Source of the DNA: Nitrospirota bacterium
Lineage (GTDB): Bacteria > Nitrospirota > UBA9217
Length of the DNA: 64,000 nt
Assembly (NCBI GenBank): GCA_963737155.1
Contig: CAVTRN010000002.1
Span: 1,056,001 to 1,120,000, forward strand
Reading direction: 5' to 3'
Shown: one piece after another, positions 1 to 8,859 of the stretch
Layout of the letters: every line of letters starts with the position of its first letter
Position numbering within the stretch: position 1 is the first letter of the stretch
Translations under genes and position numbers: made by a program
Notes under the pieces: model-generated
Database searches by the model: none
What the model was told of the DNA's origin: nothing
What the model saw: the letters and a program-made list of their open reading frames with translations, nothing else

Positions 1-270
1 TCAACGGCATTGTTCCAGCATTTCGACCGCGTATTCAATTCCTACAGAATGAAGAAAAGCAAACGTGATGCTTCATTGTTTAATGAGGTATGCGGTCTGC
101 TCGGCGTTGAACCGCGACAGGTGCTTTTTGTCGATGATAACATGAATCACATCTTAAGAGCGCAGGGGCGGGGCCTTCGTACTATTCACTTTGTGAGCGT
201 CGAGGATTTCAAGAATCAATTGAAGAATTATTTTCCCGGCTTGGGAGTTGTGAGAGATATTTTGGGGTAA
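1..270 (+). CDS. HAD-superfamily hydrolase, C-terminal part (truncated by window edge)
   Basis: KSKRD...VLFVDDNMNHI...GLRTIHF matches HAD motifs III/IV. Confidence 0.8.
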   Translation, partial: STALFQHFDRVFNSYRMKKSKRDASLFNEVCGLLGVEPRQVLFVDDNMNHILRAQGRGLRTIHFVSVEDFKNQLKNYFPGLGVVRDILG

Positions 271-357
271 TAAACCCTGCAGGAAATCTCCGGGATGTTG
301 ACATCCTTCCCGGCCGGAAGACCGAGGTTTTACGGTATCAGATAATAAGGGGAATTT

Positions 358-957
358 ATGAACGTAATTGCGTTTAACGGTAGCCCGAGGCGGGAAGGAA
401 ACACCGACATTCTGCTCGCAGAAGCAGTTCGGGGAGTAAAGGAGCGTGGCGGATCAGCGACAGTTTATCAGCTCAGTTCCCTAAACCTCAAGGCCTGTAT
501 GAATTGCGGCCACTGCGACGATACGGCCCGCTGCGTCATCAAGGACGACATGCAAGAGATTCATAAAAGCATCCGCAGCGCCGACAGGATCATTGTGGCT
601 TCTCCGATATTTTTTTTCGGGGTAAGCGCGCAGACCAAGATCATGATCGATCGGTGCCAGACCTTTTGGGCTGAGAAGTATGTACATAAAAACCCGATTG
701 CACCCGGACCTTTTGGAAGAAAGGGTTTGCTCCTGCTCGTCGGAGGGATGAAACGAAACGACAAAAATGTCGGGTTTGAATGCTCCGAGGCGAGTGTTCG
801 CGCGTTTTTCAGGACGGTGAATATCCAGGAGCATGTGACTCTTGCTTTCGATAGCATTGATGAAAAGGGAGCGATTACCGGACATCCTACGGCCCTGAGC
901 GATGCATATGAGGCAGGGAAGACGCTCGTGGGGAAAATTCCGGAAGGCAGCAGTTAG
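358..957 (+). CDS. Flavodoxin family / iron-sulfur flavoprotein (NADPH-dependent FMN reductase fold)
   Basis: NGSPRREGNT, CMNCGHC-x5-C cluster motif, ASPIFF. Confidence 0.88.
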   Translation: MNVIAFNGSPRREGNTDILLAEAVRGVKERGGSATVYQLSSLNLKACMNCGHCDDTARCVIKDDMQEIHKSIRSADRIIVASPIFFFGVSAQTKIMIDRCQTFWAEKYVHKNPIAPGPFGRKGLLLLVGGMKRNDKNVGFECSEASVRAFFRTVNIQEHVTLAFDSIDEKGAITGHPTALSDAYEAGKTLVGKIPEGSS

Positions 958-999
958 AAGCAGGTATAATGGCAGGATAAGGGAATGTTGCCGGTGGCA

Positions 1000-1548
1000 T
1001 CAAAGCCCCAGTGCTTTTTTTGCCAGCTCTACCAGCCCGAAAACCTTCAGGTCGACCATTGTACCTTTCGTCTGTGAGTCCCTGAGATATTCATGGGCAT
1101 GCCCGATCGGCACCTCGATTACATCGATGATTTCGTTGTCGTCTCCACCGTTCTTCCCGACATGTTCGAGCTCGGTACACAGATAGGCGCGAAGCGCCTC
1201 GGTCGAGGCGCCGGTAGATATAGGACCTTCAGCGAGAAACGAGAGTTTGCCCGCTGTCCATCCTGTTTCTTCGACCAGCTCGCGAGCAGCAGCTGTTTCC
1301 ATTGTTTCTCCGGGCTCAACGAGCCCAGCCGGAAGTTCAACGACCTCGCGGCCGATGGGAGGACGAAACTGTTTTTCCAGAATGACGTTCCCGGCGGGTG
1401 TTATCGCAACCATAACGACAATTCCGCCGATGCCCAGGCGTTCAAGCGCCTCCCATGTCCGTACAACCCCCCGCGCATCACGGTAGGTGATCTCCACGGC
1501 GCTCATGAACTTTCCCTGCCAGACAACTTTTTTGCTTAAAATTTCCAT
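1000..1548 (-). CDS. NUDIX hydrolase (ADP-ribose pyrophosphatase-like)
   Basis: QFRPP...ELPAGLVEPGE-x5-AARELVEETG Nudix box. Confidence 0.9.
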   Translation of the reverse strand: MEILSKKVVWQGKFMSAVEITYRDARGVVRTWEALERLGIGGIVVMVAITPAGNVILEKQFRPPIGREVVELPAGLVEPGETMETAAARELVEETGWTAGKLSFLAEGPISTGASTEALRAYLCTELEHVGKNGGDDNEIIDVIEVPIGHAHEYLRDSQTKGTMVDLKVFGLVELAKKALGL

Positions 1549-1646
1549 AAGAGATGAGAGTTTAGGAGACAGCAGATGGTTAGCAGGGGACAGCAGAATA
1601 GTCTATCGGAGGTAATTTTATTTACCCTGCCTCCTCTGCTGCCTTC

Positions 1647-2261
1647 TCACAGCCACTTCTTTAAATCCAGCGTCAGCGCCGCGGGGATGATCGTATCCAC
1701 AGCGCGAAGACGCTTCCGCCCGGCTTTCCTAAACATGGCCCGCTGCATTTGCTTTTCCTCATCATAATGATCGTAGATGGGAAAATCCTCTTCAGGTATG
1801 TCCTTCTTGAAATAGCCGCAGCCTTCCAGCCGTACCGCGCGTCGGGGCCCGCGAATCGTAGGACCGAAGATCCTGCAAATGTGCGGCCGCTGGTCATAGA
1901 TCAGGCATGCGCCGTTTTCGTCGAGTGCCGGGCAAGCCATTTTTGCCGATCGTCGAGAAATCGCATCAATGGCAGGTAGGGATTTGAGCAGGGGATCTTT
2001 CCGCGAAAAGGCTTTTTTCTTCTCCAGGATGTCAAGCTGCGCATTCGCTTTCGCGATCACCCGCTTCCGGATGTCTGAGGGAACGTTTTTCAGTGTGGCC
2101 CGAAGGTGAATAGCGTCGAGCAGCGTAATGTCGAAGAAGCCGACGGAACAGCATTCGTTGCAACCCCGTTTGCAGCCAACGCCATATTTTTTCGTGGCCT
2201 CGCGGTATTTCTCGCTGGTTTTTTCAAGAAACTTTGCATATTTTTTTACTGTGCGATGCAT
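1647..2261 (-). CDS. YkgJ-family cysteine-cluster protein
   Basis: CKRGCNECC and CPAL...ACLIYDQRPHICR motifs. Confidence 0.85.
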   Translation of the reverse strand: MHRTVKKYAKFLEKTSEKYREATKKYGVGCKRGCNECCSVGFFDITLLDAIHLRATLKNVPSDIRKRVIAKANAQLDILEKKKAFSRKDPLLKSLPAIDAISRRSAKMACPALDENGACLIYDQRPHICRIFGPTIRGPRRAVRLEGCGYFKKDIPEEDFPIYDHYDEEKQMQRAMFRKAGRKRLRAVDTIIPAALTLDLKKWL

Positions 2262-2305
2262 GCGATTGACACCTTTCCTGGACAGGGAAAATGAAAACGT
2301 AGTGG

Positions 2306-2335
2306 ATTATACGTGTCTGACAGGCTGTTTGTCAA
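2306..2335 (-). promoter_or_regulatory. Sigma70-like promoter for the YkgJ/NUDIX genes
   Basis: Minus strand TTGACA-N18-TATAAT, both hexamers consensus. Confidence 0.7.
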
Positions 2336-2502
2336 TAATTTGATGGAGGGATTGTAAACCGCGCATCACGTGTCGGAAGACGTTGAAAGGAGATCGCATT
2401 TCAACTGATAGGAGCAACGTGTCATGTTTGTAAAGCAGGAGACGCAATGGCATAACGTCTCAACAATTTAGTGGTATAGGCCTCTTCTTGCTAGCACCAG
2501 CA

Positions 2503-2538
2503 CAAAAGCCCGACTCATTGCTGCGGCTCGGGCTTTTG
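2503..2538. terminator. Intrinsic terminator hairpin after the ECF operon
   Basis: CAAAAGCCCGA...TCGGGCTTTTG inverted repeat with short T tracts on both strands. Confidence 0.7.
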
Positions 2539-2578
2539 GTGGTGCAGGCGGGGAATAACAATTTTAAAAACAATCAAA

Positions 2579-3184
2579 TCATTTGCCGTCAGGAGGTCCT
2601 CCCGGACCATTGCCCATTTGTCCATGTCCTGCGCCGGCTCTTTCACGGGCGCGGGCGATCATTTCCCGTATCTCATGTTGAAATTCCTGCTGGAAGAGCA
2701 CGTACCGCGCCTCTTGCTCGGTTGTAAGTATGTCCTTCAGGCCGTTCAGTTCCTTGTCTCTAATCTCATCCATAGCACGACGGCTTTTCACTAACCTGTC
2801 GAGGGATGCCTTCAGGCTCTGTTCATCGGGCTTCGAGGTTTTCAGTGTACGTCGTAATTCTCTCATGATCATCATCTGGTCTCGGGCTATGCCCATGCGT
2901 TGCTGATCCATCGAGCCGAGAAATGCTGCCAGTTTTGCACTGGTTGCCGCGTCGAGGTTCAATACTCCGGTCAGCCTCCAGATCCTGACCGCATCAATTT
3001 TTCTTCTGACTTCCTCGCGTTTTTCATCGGAAAGTGCGCCACCACGTGCGCCTGGATTGCCGTATCCCGCACTGTCGTCGAAAAAGCTTCCAGGAGGGGC
3101 CTGCTGAGCAAACGAGGTTGCTGCTGCACCAAGCATCAGGGCCGCTGCGGTCAAGAGCGCCTTGATTCTCAATTTTATCGTCAT
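2579..3184 (-). CDS. Periplasmic Spy/CpxP-like helical protein
   Basis: Signal peptide (…SFA/QQ), LNLD and ILTTEQ (LTxxQ-like) motifs, Gly/Pro tail; start overlaps the anti-sigma stop. Confidence 0.7.
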   Translation of the reverse strand: MTIKLRIKALLTAAALMLGAAATSFAQQAPPGSFFDDSAGYGNPGARGGALSDEKREEVRRKIDAVRIWRLTGVLNLDAATSAKLAAFLGSMDQQRMGIARDQMMIMRELRRTLKTSKPDEQSLKASLDRLVKSRRAMDEIRDKELNGLKDILTTEQEARYVLFQQEFQHEIREMIARARERAGAGHGQMGNGPGGPPDGK

Positions 3185-3801
3185 TAGCCCTCCTCTTTCC
3201 ATTGCTTGATCTTGTTTTCAAGATGCTCTATTTCCTGTGCATTCAAATCGGAAAGCTCTTCGTTTATGTCAGCATCAAAAACACCGTCGGTCGGCGAATG
3301 CGCCAGTTCTTCGGACAATTGGGTGTTGGCCCAGGCTGCTGCAGTTTCCAGCTCCTCGGGATTGAGTGCTCCATCCATTGGGTTGCCAGCAGCCATGAGT
3401 TCATCAGAAAACTCAGATCGGTCCGAGAGGGCAGTGTCCTGCTCTTTCTTCTGCTGGCGGATGGGGAACCAGGCGAGGATCACCACAATGCCTATGGCTG
3501 CAGCGGCCGCAGCCAGACGATAGGTTGTGAGCAGACTCCATATCCGGGCGGGGTCGAAGGCCCGTTTTCGAGTCTTCTCTTCCTGAACAGCGTGGAAAAC
3601 GCGCCCCGGCATCGCGGCCCAGAATGCCTCTCCCGGATCGGGGACTCCGTCTTCTGACAACGCCCGAAGAAGGGCCACTTCCCCGCGGCAGTCCTCGCAC
3701 GAGTCAAGATGCTGTTCTATCCGAAGAAGCTCCTGCATCTCGAGAACCTGTTCCCGATAGGCGGGAAGGAGATCTTGTATGGTTTTGTCTTTACACGACA
3801 T
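3184..3801 (-). CDS. Zinc-finger (zf-HC2) anti-sigma factor
   Basis: HLDSCEDC (HxxxCxxC), single TM helix, directly downstream of ECF sigma. Confidence 0.88.
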   Translation of the reverse strand: MSCKDKTIQDLLPAYREQVLEMQELLRIEQHLDSCEDCRGEVALLRALSEDGVPDPGEAFWAAMPGRVFHAVQEEKTRKRAFDPARIWSLLTTYRLAAAAAAIGIVVILAWFPIRQQKKEQDTALSDRSEFSDELMAAGNPMDGALNPEELETAAAWANTQLSEELAHSPTDGVFDADINEELSDLNAQEIEHLENKIKQWKEEG

Positions 3802-3879
3802 CGGCTTGACCTTTAACTATTTCTTCCTTGCTTAAGGAAATACCTACTTTTTTCGAATCCGCGCCAAAACAGCGATCCG

Positions 3880-4461
3880 TTACGTATCCTTCTCGGGACC
3901 ACCGTCTCCGTCTCCGGCCTGTTCCTTTCGCTCCTGGTCACCAATGATGGTCTTCAGCCTTTGAACTGCATGATGGTAATTCGCTTTGGCGGTTCCAACG
4001 GAGCATTTCATGATCGAAGCGATTTCCTCGAACTTTTTCCCTTCCTGCGTTCTCAGCATCAGCGTTATCCGCTGTTTCTGTGGAAGCTCCCCGAGGGCCT
4101 TTCGCAGAATTAGCCTGCTCTCGTTATGGATCAGCGTCTCAAGAGTGCGGGGGCTTCTCTTGATGACAACATCATCAATATTCACATACGCCACGCGAGC
4201 CCGATCGCGATACATGTTTTTCGCAAGGTTGATCGCAATCTGATAGAGCCAGGTCTTGAAGCTCGACCGTCGCTCAAAAGAACCCAGACCGGTAAAGGCC
4301 TTGACAAAGGTCTTTTGCAGGATGTCAGCGGCATCGTCATGGTTGCTCACCATACGATAGAGAAGGGAATAGAGCGGTTTTTGATACTTCAGGACCAGCT
4401 CATCGAATGCTTCCCGTTCACCTGCTTCGCTCCTGGCAATCAGATTTAGATCTTCATCCAT
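3880..4461 (-). CDS. ECF RNA polymerase sigma factor
   Basis: DAADILQKTFVKAF, SSFKTWLYQIAIN, region 4 EEIASIMKCSVGTAK; start at MDEDL. Confidence 0.93.
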   Translation of the reverse strand: MDEDLNLIARSEAGEREAFDELVLKYQKPLYSLLYRMVSNHDDAADILQKTFVKAFTGLGSFERRSSFKTWLYQIAINLAKNMYRDRARVAYVNIDDVVIKRSPRTLETLIHNESRLILRKALGELPQKQRITLMLRTQEGKKFEEIASIMKCSVGTAKANYHHAVQRLKTIIGDQERKEQAGDGDGGPEKDT

Positions 4462-4479
4462 AAATAGTGAGCTATATTT

Positions 4480-4508
4480 TATGACACGCGCCAGGGGAAA
4501 AGGTTGAA
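4480..4508 (-). promoter_or_regulatory. Putative autoregulatory ECF promoter
   Basis: Minus strand tcAAC-N17-GTCat about 20 nt upstream of the sigma start. Confidence 0.45.
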
Positions 4509-4539
4509 TATTACCATGACGCCGTTGCGGCATGTACCG

Positions 4540-4700
4540 CCGCCATTTCTTCTTTGTTTACGTCACGGTGGAGGCAGTCGCGGTTTCTACCGGACCTTTC
4601 GCATGGTACAAGGCGTCATCAGCCAAGATTACAAAGTCGGCAACGTTCTTTATGTCTTCAAGTAAGGAACCAATGCCGAGGCTTACCGTTGTCCGGAGTT
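4540..4700 (-). pseudogene. Remnant of a GGDEF (diguanylate cyclase) domain C-terminus
   Basis: Minus-strand translation TTVSLGIG...ILADDALYHAK, then after a 1-nt shift SGRNRDC. Confidence 0.7.
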
Positions 4701-4915
4701 TCCCCTTGGATAACGTTCCTGAAACCGCAGTATTTTATTTCCATATTAGGACGGCAGCCGAAAAGCGCCGCAGCTTCATGCGACGTAATACCATGGCGAT
4801 CAACGTAATTAAATTTCCTATGATCGTGGTGAAAGCAGGATTGACCGGGAACACGGAAACGCCCTGTTTTGCCGCTTGTACCGTACAGGATCAGACCAGG
4901 GATCAGGATATTATT

Positions 4916-5194
4916 TCAAATCTTCCTTCTCCTGTTTAGTTCTTCTTCAACGTATTTCCTATAGAGGACGTCCCACTCCCGGCTGCCTTCGGGAACCCGG
5001 CGCGACAGAGATTGAATTGTCCGCCGTGCGGCTGTGTCCGCTTCGTCTTCGAATTGAAGTTCCGCGGTGATGGTCCGCTTGATTTCGCGGAGCATCCGTT
5101 CCTCGGCCTGGAGCACGTCGACATTACGGTCCTGAACCAGCTTGTCCAGTATCAGGTGCGATAGGTGGGATATTCGGTCTTCGCTTAAGCGCAT
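4916..5194 (-). CDS. DUF507 family protein
   Basis: MRLSEDRISHLSH...VPEGSREWDVLYRKY. Confidence 0.85.
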   Translation of the reverse strand: MRLSEDRISHLSHLILDKLVQDRNVDVLQAEERMLREIKRTITAELQFEDEADTAARRTIQSLSRRVPEGSREWDVLYRKYVEEELNRRRKI

Positions 5195-5273
5195 GGTGAT
5201 TGATTCATTCCGTTTTAATCGTTTGTTATTCGGGCTTACTCGGGAGACCGCCCGGCATTTAAGGTTTGCGTAT

Positions 5274-5555
5274 TTAAAGTACGATACCCCGGTCCTTCGC
5301 GAGTTTCTGCTTGGTCATTTCGAACACCTTGCGATAGTCCATCTGACCTTGCGCAATCTCGGCTTCATGCGCCGCAAGCAGTTTTTCAACGTCCTTGTTG
5401 AGGTTGTCTTCCACAACCATGTCCGCAGTGATCACATCCGCAATCTTCGCGGAGATGGAATTTTTCGGCGTCTCGTAATCTGCCAGCCCCTTCTTCTCCA
5501 GGTTCGCTGCGATCGCGTCGGCGATATGTTTGATCATTTCCTTTGGAAGACGCAT
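5274..5555 (-). CDS. DUF507 family protein
   Basis: MRLPKE...MDYRKVFEMTKQKLAKDRGIVL; tandem paralog. Confidence 0.85.
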   Translation of the reverse strand: MRLPKEMIKHIADAIAANLEKKGLADYETPKNSISAKIADVITADMVVEDNLNKDVEKLLAAHEAEIAQGQMDYRKVFEMTKQKLAKDRGIVL

Positions 5556-5777
5556 CAGAAGACCTCGGTGGCATTATAACAGAAAAGGAGGAAAAAAGGA
5601 GGGAAAAAAGGAGGGGGAAAAGGGACCTCCCTGTGATTTGACGCAGATGCTTTCGTATCAAAATGCCAGGTGTCGTTGTCCGGCATTATGTTGAGGGATG
5701 GGCTTGAAATCGATAGGTCAAAGGTTCTGTTGTCAGAAGCAATGAAAGGGAGAAAATGTCTCTTTTGACCTGATTCC

Positions 5778-6707
5778 TTATATTTTCCCGACTGTCCCAC
5801 GCACTTTGCGTACATCCGCCCATATGTCCACGATACCCAAAGCAATGACAAAAACTATAGCAGGCAGCGCTAGGATGAGGAGGATGAGGAGGCCCCGAAC
5901 GAATGGCTTGACCCGTCCTTTTCTCAGATAGAAGTCCACGATGGCGGTTCCCTGGGCGAGATAAATGACAGCAAAAATGATCGATAGGTTCCAGCCAATA
6001 AGCCGGAATGTCTCGTTGGGCATAACAACGAGCGCCAGGCCGGCTATGAGGCCCCATACCCATTCATCAGGCGCGAACCATAATACAAAAGAAGGCTGAA
6101 CACCGGGCAGTGATCCCTGTTTTCGCACGATGGCGGCCCTTGCTATGCCGTAACAGCATGCTGCTTGAATGACTGACGTGGAGACGGCGATGCCCGGCAT
6201 GAGTTGAACAAGATAACGGATAAATTTATCGGGGATTGCGGTAACCATGGCTGCCATTTCTGTTAATCCCGCAGTAGTATATAATTTTGCTGCTTCGGCA
6301 ACGCTTGCACGCAAATAGGTATCCACGGTAGTAACGGGGTTTTTGCCGATCCTGATGAAATAGAAGGAAAGGATGGCCCCGATAACGACCACGGGAAGAA
6401 ATCCGCCGAGAAGAGCGATCTGCTCAGTTTTCAGATCTTTGCGCATGCCTTCGGCCACTCCGAAAGCCATAAGACCGAATCCGAACAGATAAATCGCCGC
6501 TGCCTGCCATCCCCCGAGCAGTAACGCTATCACGCTTGCTGCGGACAGGACTGTAAGGCCTTCCCGTCTGCCGTTCCGGGCCCATGCGATGATAACTGGC
6601 ACGGGCGTGAAAAGAACCAGCACCTGTCCGACAAAGGGAATAATAAAACCCGCCGCATAGAGCCCTACGGTCTGTATGGTCGCAAAAAATATTGCTCGGA
6701 AGTCCAC
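5778..6707 (-). CDS. DUF2232/YybS-family membrane protein
   Basis: Multi-TM, YLAQGTAIV and LGIVDIWADVRK motifs, located after rpsR. Confidence 0.85.
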   Translation of the reverse strand: MDFRAIFFATIQTVGLYAAGFIIPFVGQVLVLFTPVPVIIAWARNGRREGLTVLSAASVIALLLGGWQAAAIYLFGFGLMAFGVAEGMRKDLKTEQIALLGGFLPVVVIGAILSFYFIRIGKNPVTTVDTYLRASVAEAAKLYTTAGLTEMAAMVTAIPDKFIRYLVQLMPGIAVSTSVIQAACCYGIARAAIVRKQGSLPGVQPSFVLWFAPDEWVWGLIAGLALVVMPNETFRLIGWNLSIIFAVIYLAQGTAIVDFYLRKGRVKPFVRGLLILLILALPAIVFVIALGIVDIWADVRKVRGTVGKI

Positions 6708-6859
6708 GATCTACTCCAAAAAGGGAAGGGGAAACCCGGGTCGCTTTGCATTGACCGATGAGTTTCCCCCTCGTATGCTAGATTATCATCCACGACGTAA
6801 ATCCTCGGCCTTCAAGCCGGGGAGAATGTGAAGTGGAAGAGCGCGCCGCCAGAGCCGGT

Positions 6860-7198
6860 CTATTTTTCACCGGCAAAGGGGACGAGCGCGATGTTTCTGC
6901 ACCGCTGTACCGCCACGGTGACTTCCCGCTGATGCCGGGCGCAATTGCCTGAGATGCGTCTCGGCAGGATTTTGCCACGTTCGGTAATGAAGAATCGTAG
7001 TGTTTTGACATCCTTGTAATCGATGAAGGGTGTTTTATCTACGCAGAAGCGGCAAACTTTCTTGCGGATCTGGAACCGCCTCCGTTTGTCGCCGCCTGCG
7101 CGAGGACCACGATCATCTCTGTCGCCCCTGCTTCGTGAATCAGGTCCTCTGTCCGATGATCTCGAAGGACCAGACGGCCTTGCTTTAAACTCTGCCAT
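6860..7198 (-). CDS. rpsR: 30S ribosomal protein S18 with N-terminal Arg/Gly/Asp-rich extension
   Basis: KKVCRFC...IDYKD...[19 protein letters not shown]. Confidence 0.97.
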   Translation of the reverse strand: MAEFKARPSGPSRSSDRGPDSRSRGDRDDRGPRAGGDKRRRFQIRKKVCRFCVDKTPFIDYKDVKTLRFFITERGKILPRRISGNCARHQREVTVAVQRCRNIALVPFAGEK

Positions 7199-7251
7199 AA
7201 TAGTTTACTCCTCTTGGAATTATTGGATATGCCCATGATGAGCGGTGCCCA

Positions 7252-7659
7252 TCAAAACGGGATTTCCCCCTCGTCCACCGGCGTCTCAGGAGCGAGTGTG
7301 GCATGGCCCTGTCCCTGACCGCCGCCTGACGGGCGTTTCGGCATAAAGTTGACGGACTGGGCAACGACTTCGAGCTTTGTCCGCTTCTGTCCCTCTTCGG
7401 TTTCCCAGCGCCGCTGCTGGAGCCTGCCGTCAATCAGGACGGAGTCACCCTTGTTGATGTACTGTCCGCAGGATTCGGCCTGCTTTCCGAAGACAACGAT
7501 GTCTATGTAGCTCACTTCTTCCTTAGTCTCGTCACCCTGTTTGTATTTGCGGTTGACGGCGATGGCAAAACTCGCCACCGCAATACCGTTTGGAGTGTAA
7601 CGGACTTCGGGATCGCGGGTGAGATTTCCCATCAGGATTACTTTATTAAAACTCGTCAT
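7252..7659 (-). CDS. ssb: Single-stranded DNA-binding protein
   Basis: NKVILMGNLTRDPEVRYTP; acidic C-terminal EIPF. Confidence 0.97.
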   Translation of the reverse strand: MTSFNKVILMGNLTRDPEVRYTPNGIAVASFAIAVNRKYKQGDETKEEVSYIDIVVFGKQAESCGQYINKGDSVLIDGRLQQRRWETEEGQKRTKLEVVAQSVNFMPKRPSGGGQGQGHATLAPETPVDEGEIPF

Positions 7660-7740
7660 GGTGAGACCTCATGTTCCCGATCGTGTCCTCGGCACCGGGT
7701 CGGTGGAGTTCTTTCGGGAGGTTGTCCCTTGTGGTTATCG

Positions 7741-8106
7741 TTACGCTTGAGCCTGACCAGCCTCTGCTGCCTTGTCGGCGTCTTTCTTCTTTGGTTTCGG
7801 AGCTGGCTTGGTGCGCAGTTCTTTCACCAGCTTAACGGTCAAGAATTTGATGACCGCATCGGTCATCTTATACGTACGCTCTAGTTCGATCACGGCCGCA
7901 GGCGCGGCATTGAATTGGAAATACGCATAGTGGCCGCGCTTCTGTTTTTTGATCTCGTAGGCCAGCTTTTTCTTGCCCCAATCCTCGAACTTTAGCATTT
8001 CGCCGCCCTGCTTCGTAACGACTTCCTGCATCTTCTTGATGATGCCGGCAGTCTCTTCGTCCGTGAGGTTGGCGTTGATGATGAAAATCGACTCATAAAT
8101 AGGCAT
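7741..8106 (-). CDS. rpsF: 30S ribosomal protein S6
   Basis: YESIFI...EDWGKKKLAYEIKK. Confidence 0.97.
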   Translation of the reverse strand: MPIYESIFIINANLTDEETAGIIKKMQEVVTKQGGEMLKFEDWGKKKLAYEIKKQKRGHYAYFQFNAAPAAVIELERTYKMTDAVIKFLTVKLVKELRTKPAPKPKKKDADKAAEAGQAQA

Positions 8107-8114
8107 GAATGTTT

Positions 8115-8165
8115 CTCTCCTTATGGGTTATAGCCCCCCGCATACTCGCGAGGGGCAAGGAGTAA
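8115..8165 (-). promoter_or_regulatory. Probable S6:S18 ribosomal-protein leader RNA
   Basis: Minus strand CUCCUUG-CCCC...GGGGGG...ACCCA-UAAGGAG; the 5' CUCCUU pairs with the rpsF SD, with a C-rich internal loop. Confidence 0.6.
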
Positions 8166-8304
8166 TCCCGCTTTCGTGGCGCAACTTGCTTCTGCGGAAG
8201 GGGAATCGACCTTACTCTTTTTTGGAATTAGAACATTATCACAGACAGGCTGAGAAATCAAGCCTTTTCTCGGGTTTTTTGACTCTTCCTCGTTTTAACT
8301 TGCA

Positions 8305-8425
8305 ATTGCCTGTAGCTTGCTACAGGGTCACCGCATAGAGGGAAGAGTTTGAGAAACCGCAGGTTTCTCAAAAGATAATCGTCTTCCTTTTTATAGATAC
8401 CCCGCAGCTTGCTGCGGTGCGGTTA
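8305..8425. mobile_element. Palindrome-flanked miniature element (IS200/IS605-derived PATE/REP-like)
   Basis: Related end hairpins CCTGTAGC-TT-GCTACAGG (8309-8326) and CCGCAGC-TT-GCTGCGG (~8402-8417), plus internal hairpin TTTGAGAAACC-GCA-GGTTTCTCAAA. Confidence 0.55.
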
Positions 8426-8768
8426 TTACACCCGTACTTCTGTGCGGTGAGCTTCAGTGTTCCGAAAGATTTTTACAGCAGATGTGGCTATCATCTCCGC
8501 TGCCTCTGTGAACAGAATCAGCAGTGGCTGCCAGCAGCAACGGTGCCCATCTCGGGAACCTACGGCGTTCAAGCTGGAGGATGCCAGCAGGGCGTAAAGA
8601 TTAGCCCGTCCAAGGTGAATTGCCCTGTCCGCAGAGCCAAATGGGCCGTAAAGGTGATATTCGACATTGCTATCCCCTTGCCCGAACAAGACTATGGAAA
8701 ACATTGGTTTTTTTTGCCAGCTTCTACCTTTTTCATCGAGGATTTCATGTTGCTGCCAGCATTTTTTA

Positions 8769-8797
8769 TTGACAAAGGACGCATACTGTTTTATTAT
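8769..8797 (+). promoter_or_regulatory. Sigma70-like promoter for the aminotransferase-hom operon
   Basis: TTGACA-N17-TATTAT. Confidence 0.7.
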
Positions 8798-8859
8798 CAA
8801 ATTTACTTTTAAATTACACGGTTAGAAGAAGAAATCCTTTGAAAAGGAAAGGGTTAGAG

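Noticed and set aside
4532-4939. 135-aa + strand ORF
   Set aside because: No recognisable motifs; it is the antisense shadow of the GGDEF remnant.
8417-8812. Opposing 131-aa and 124-aa ORFs
   Set aside because: No SD or family motif; they overlap a clear sigma70 promoter and the palindromic element.
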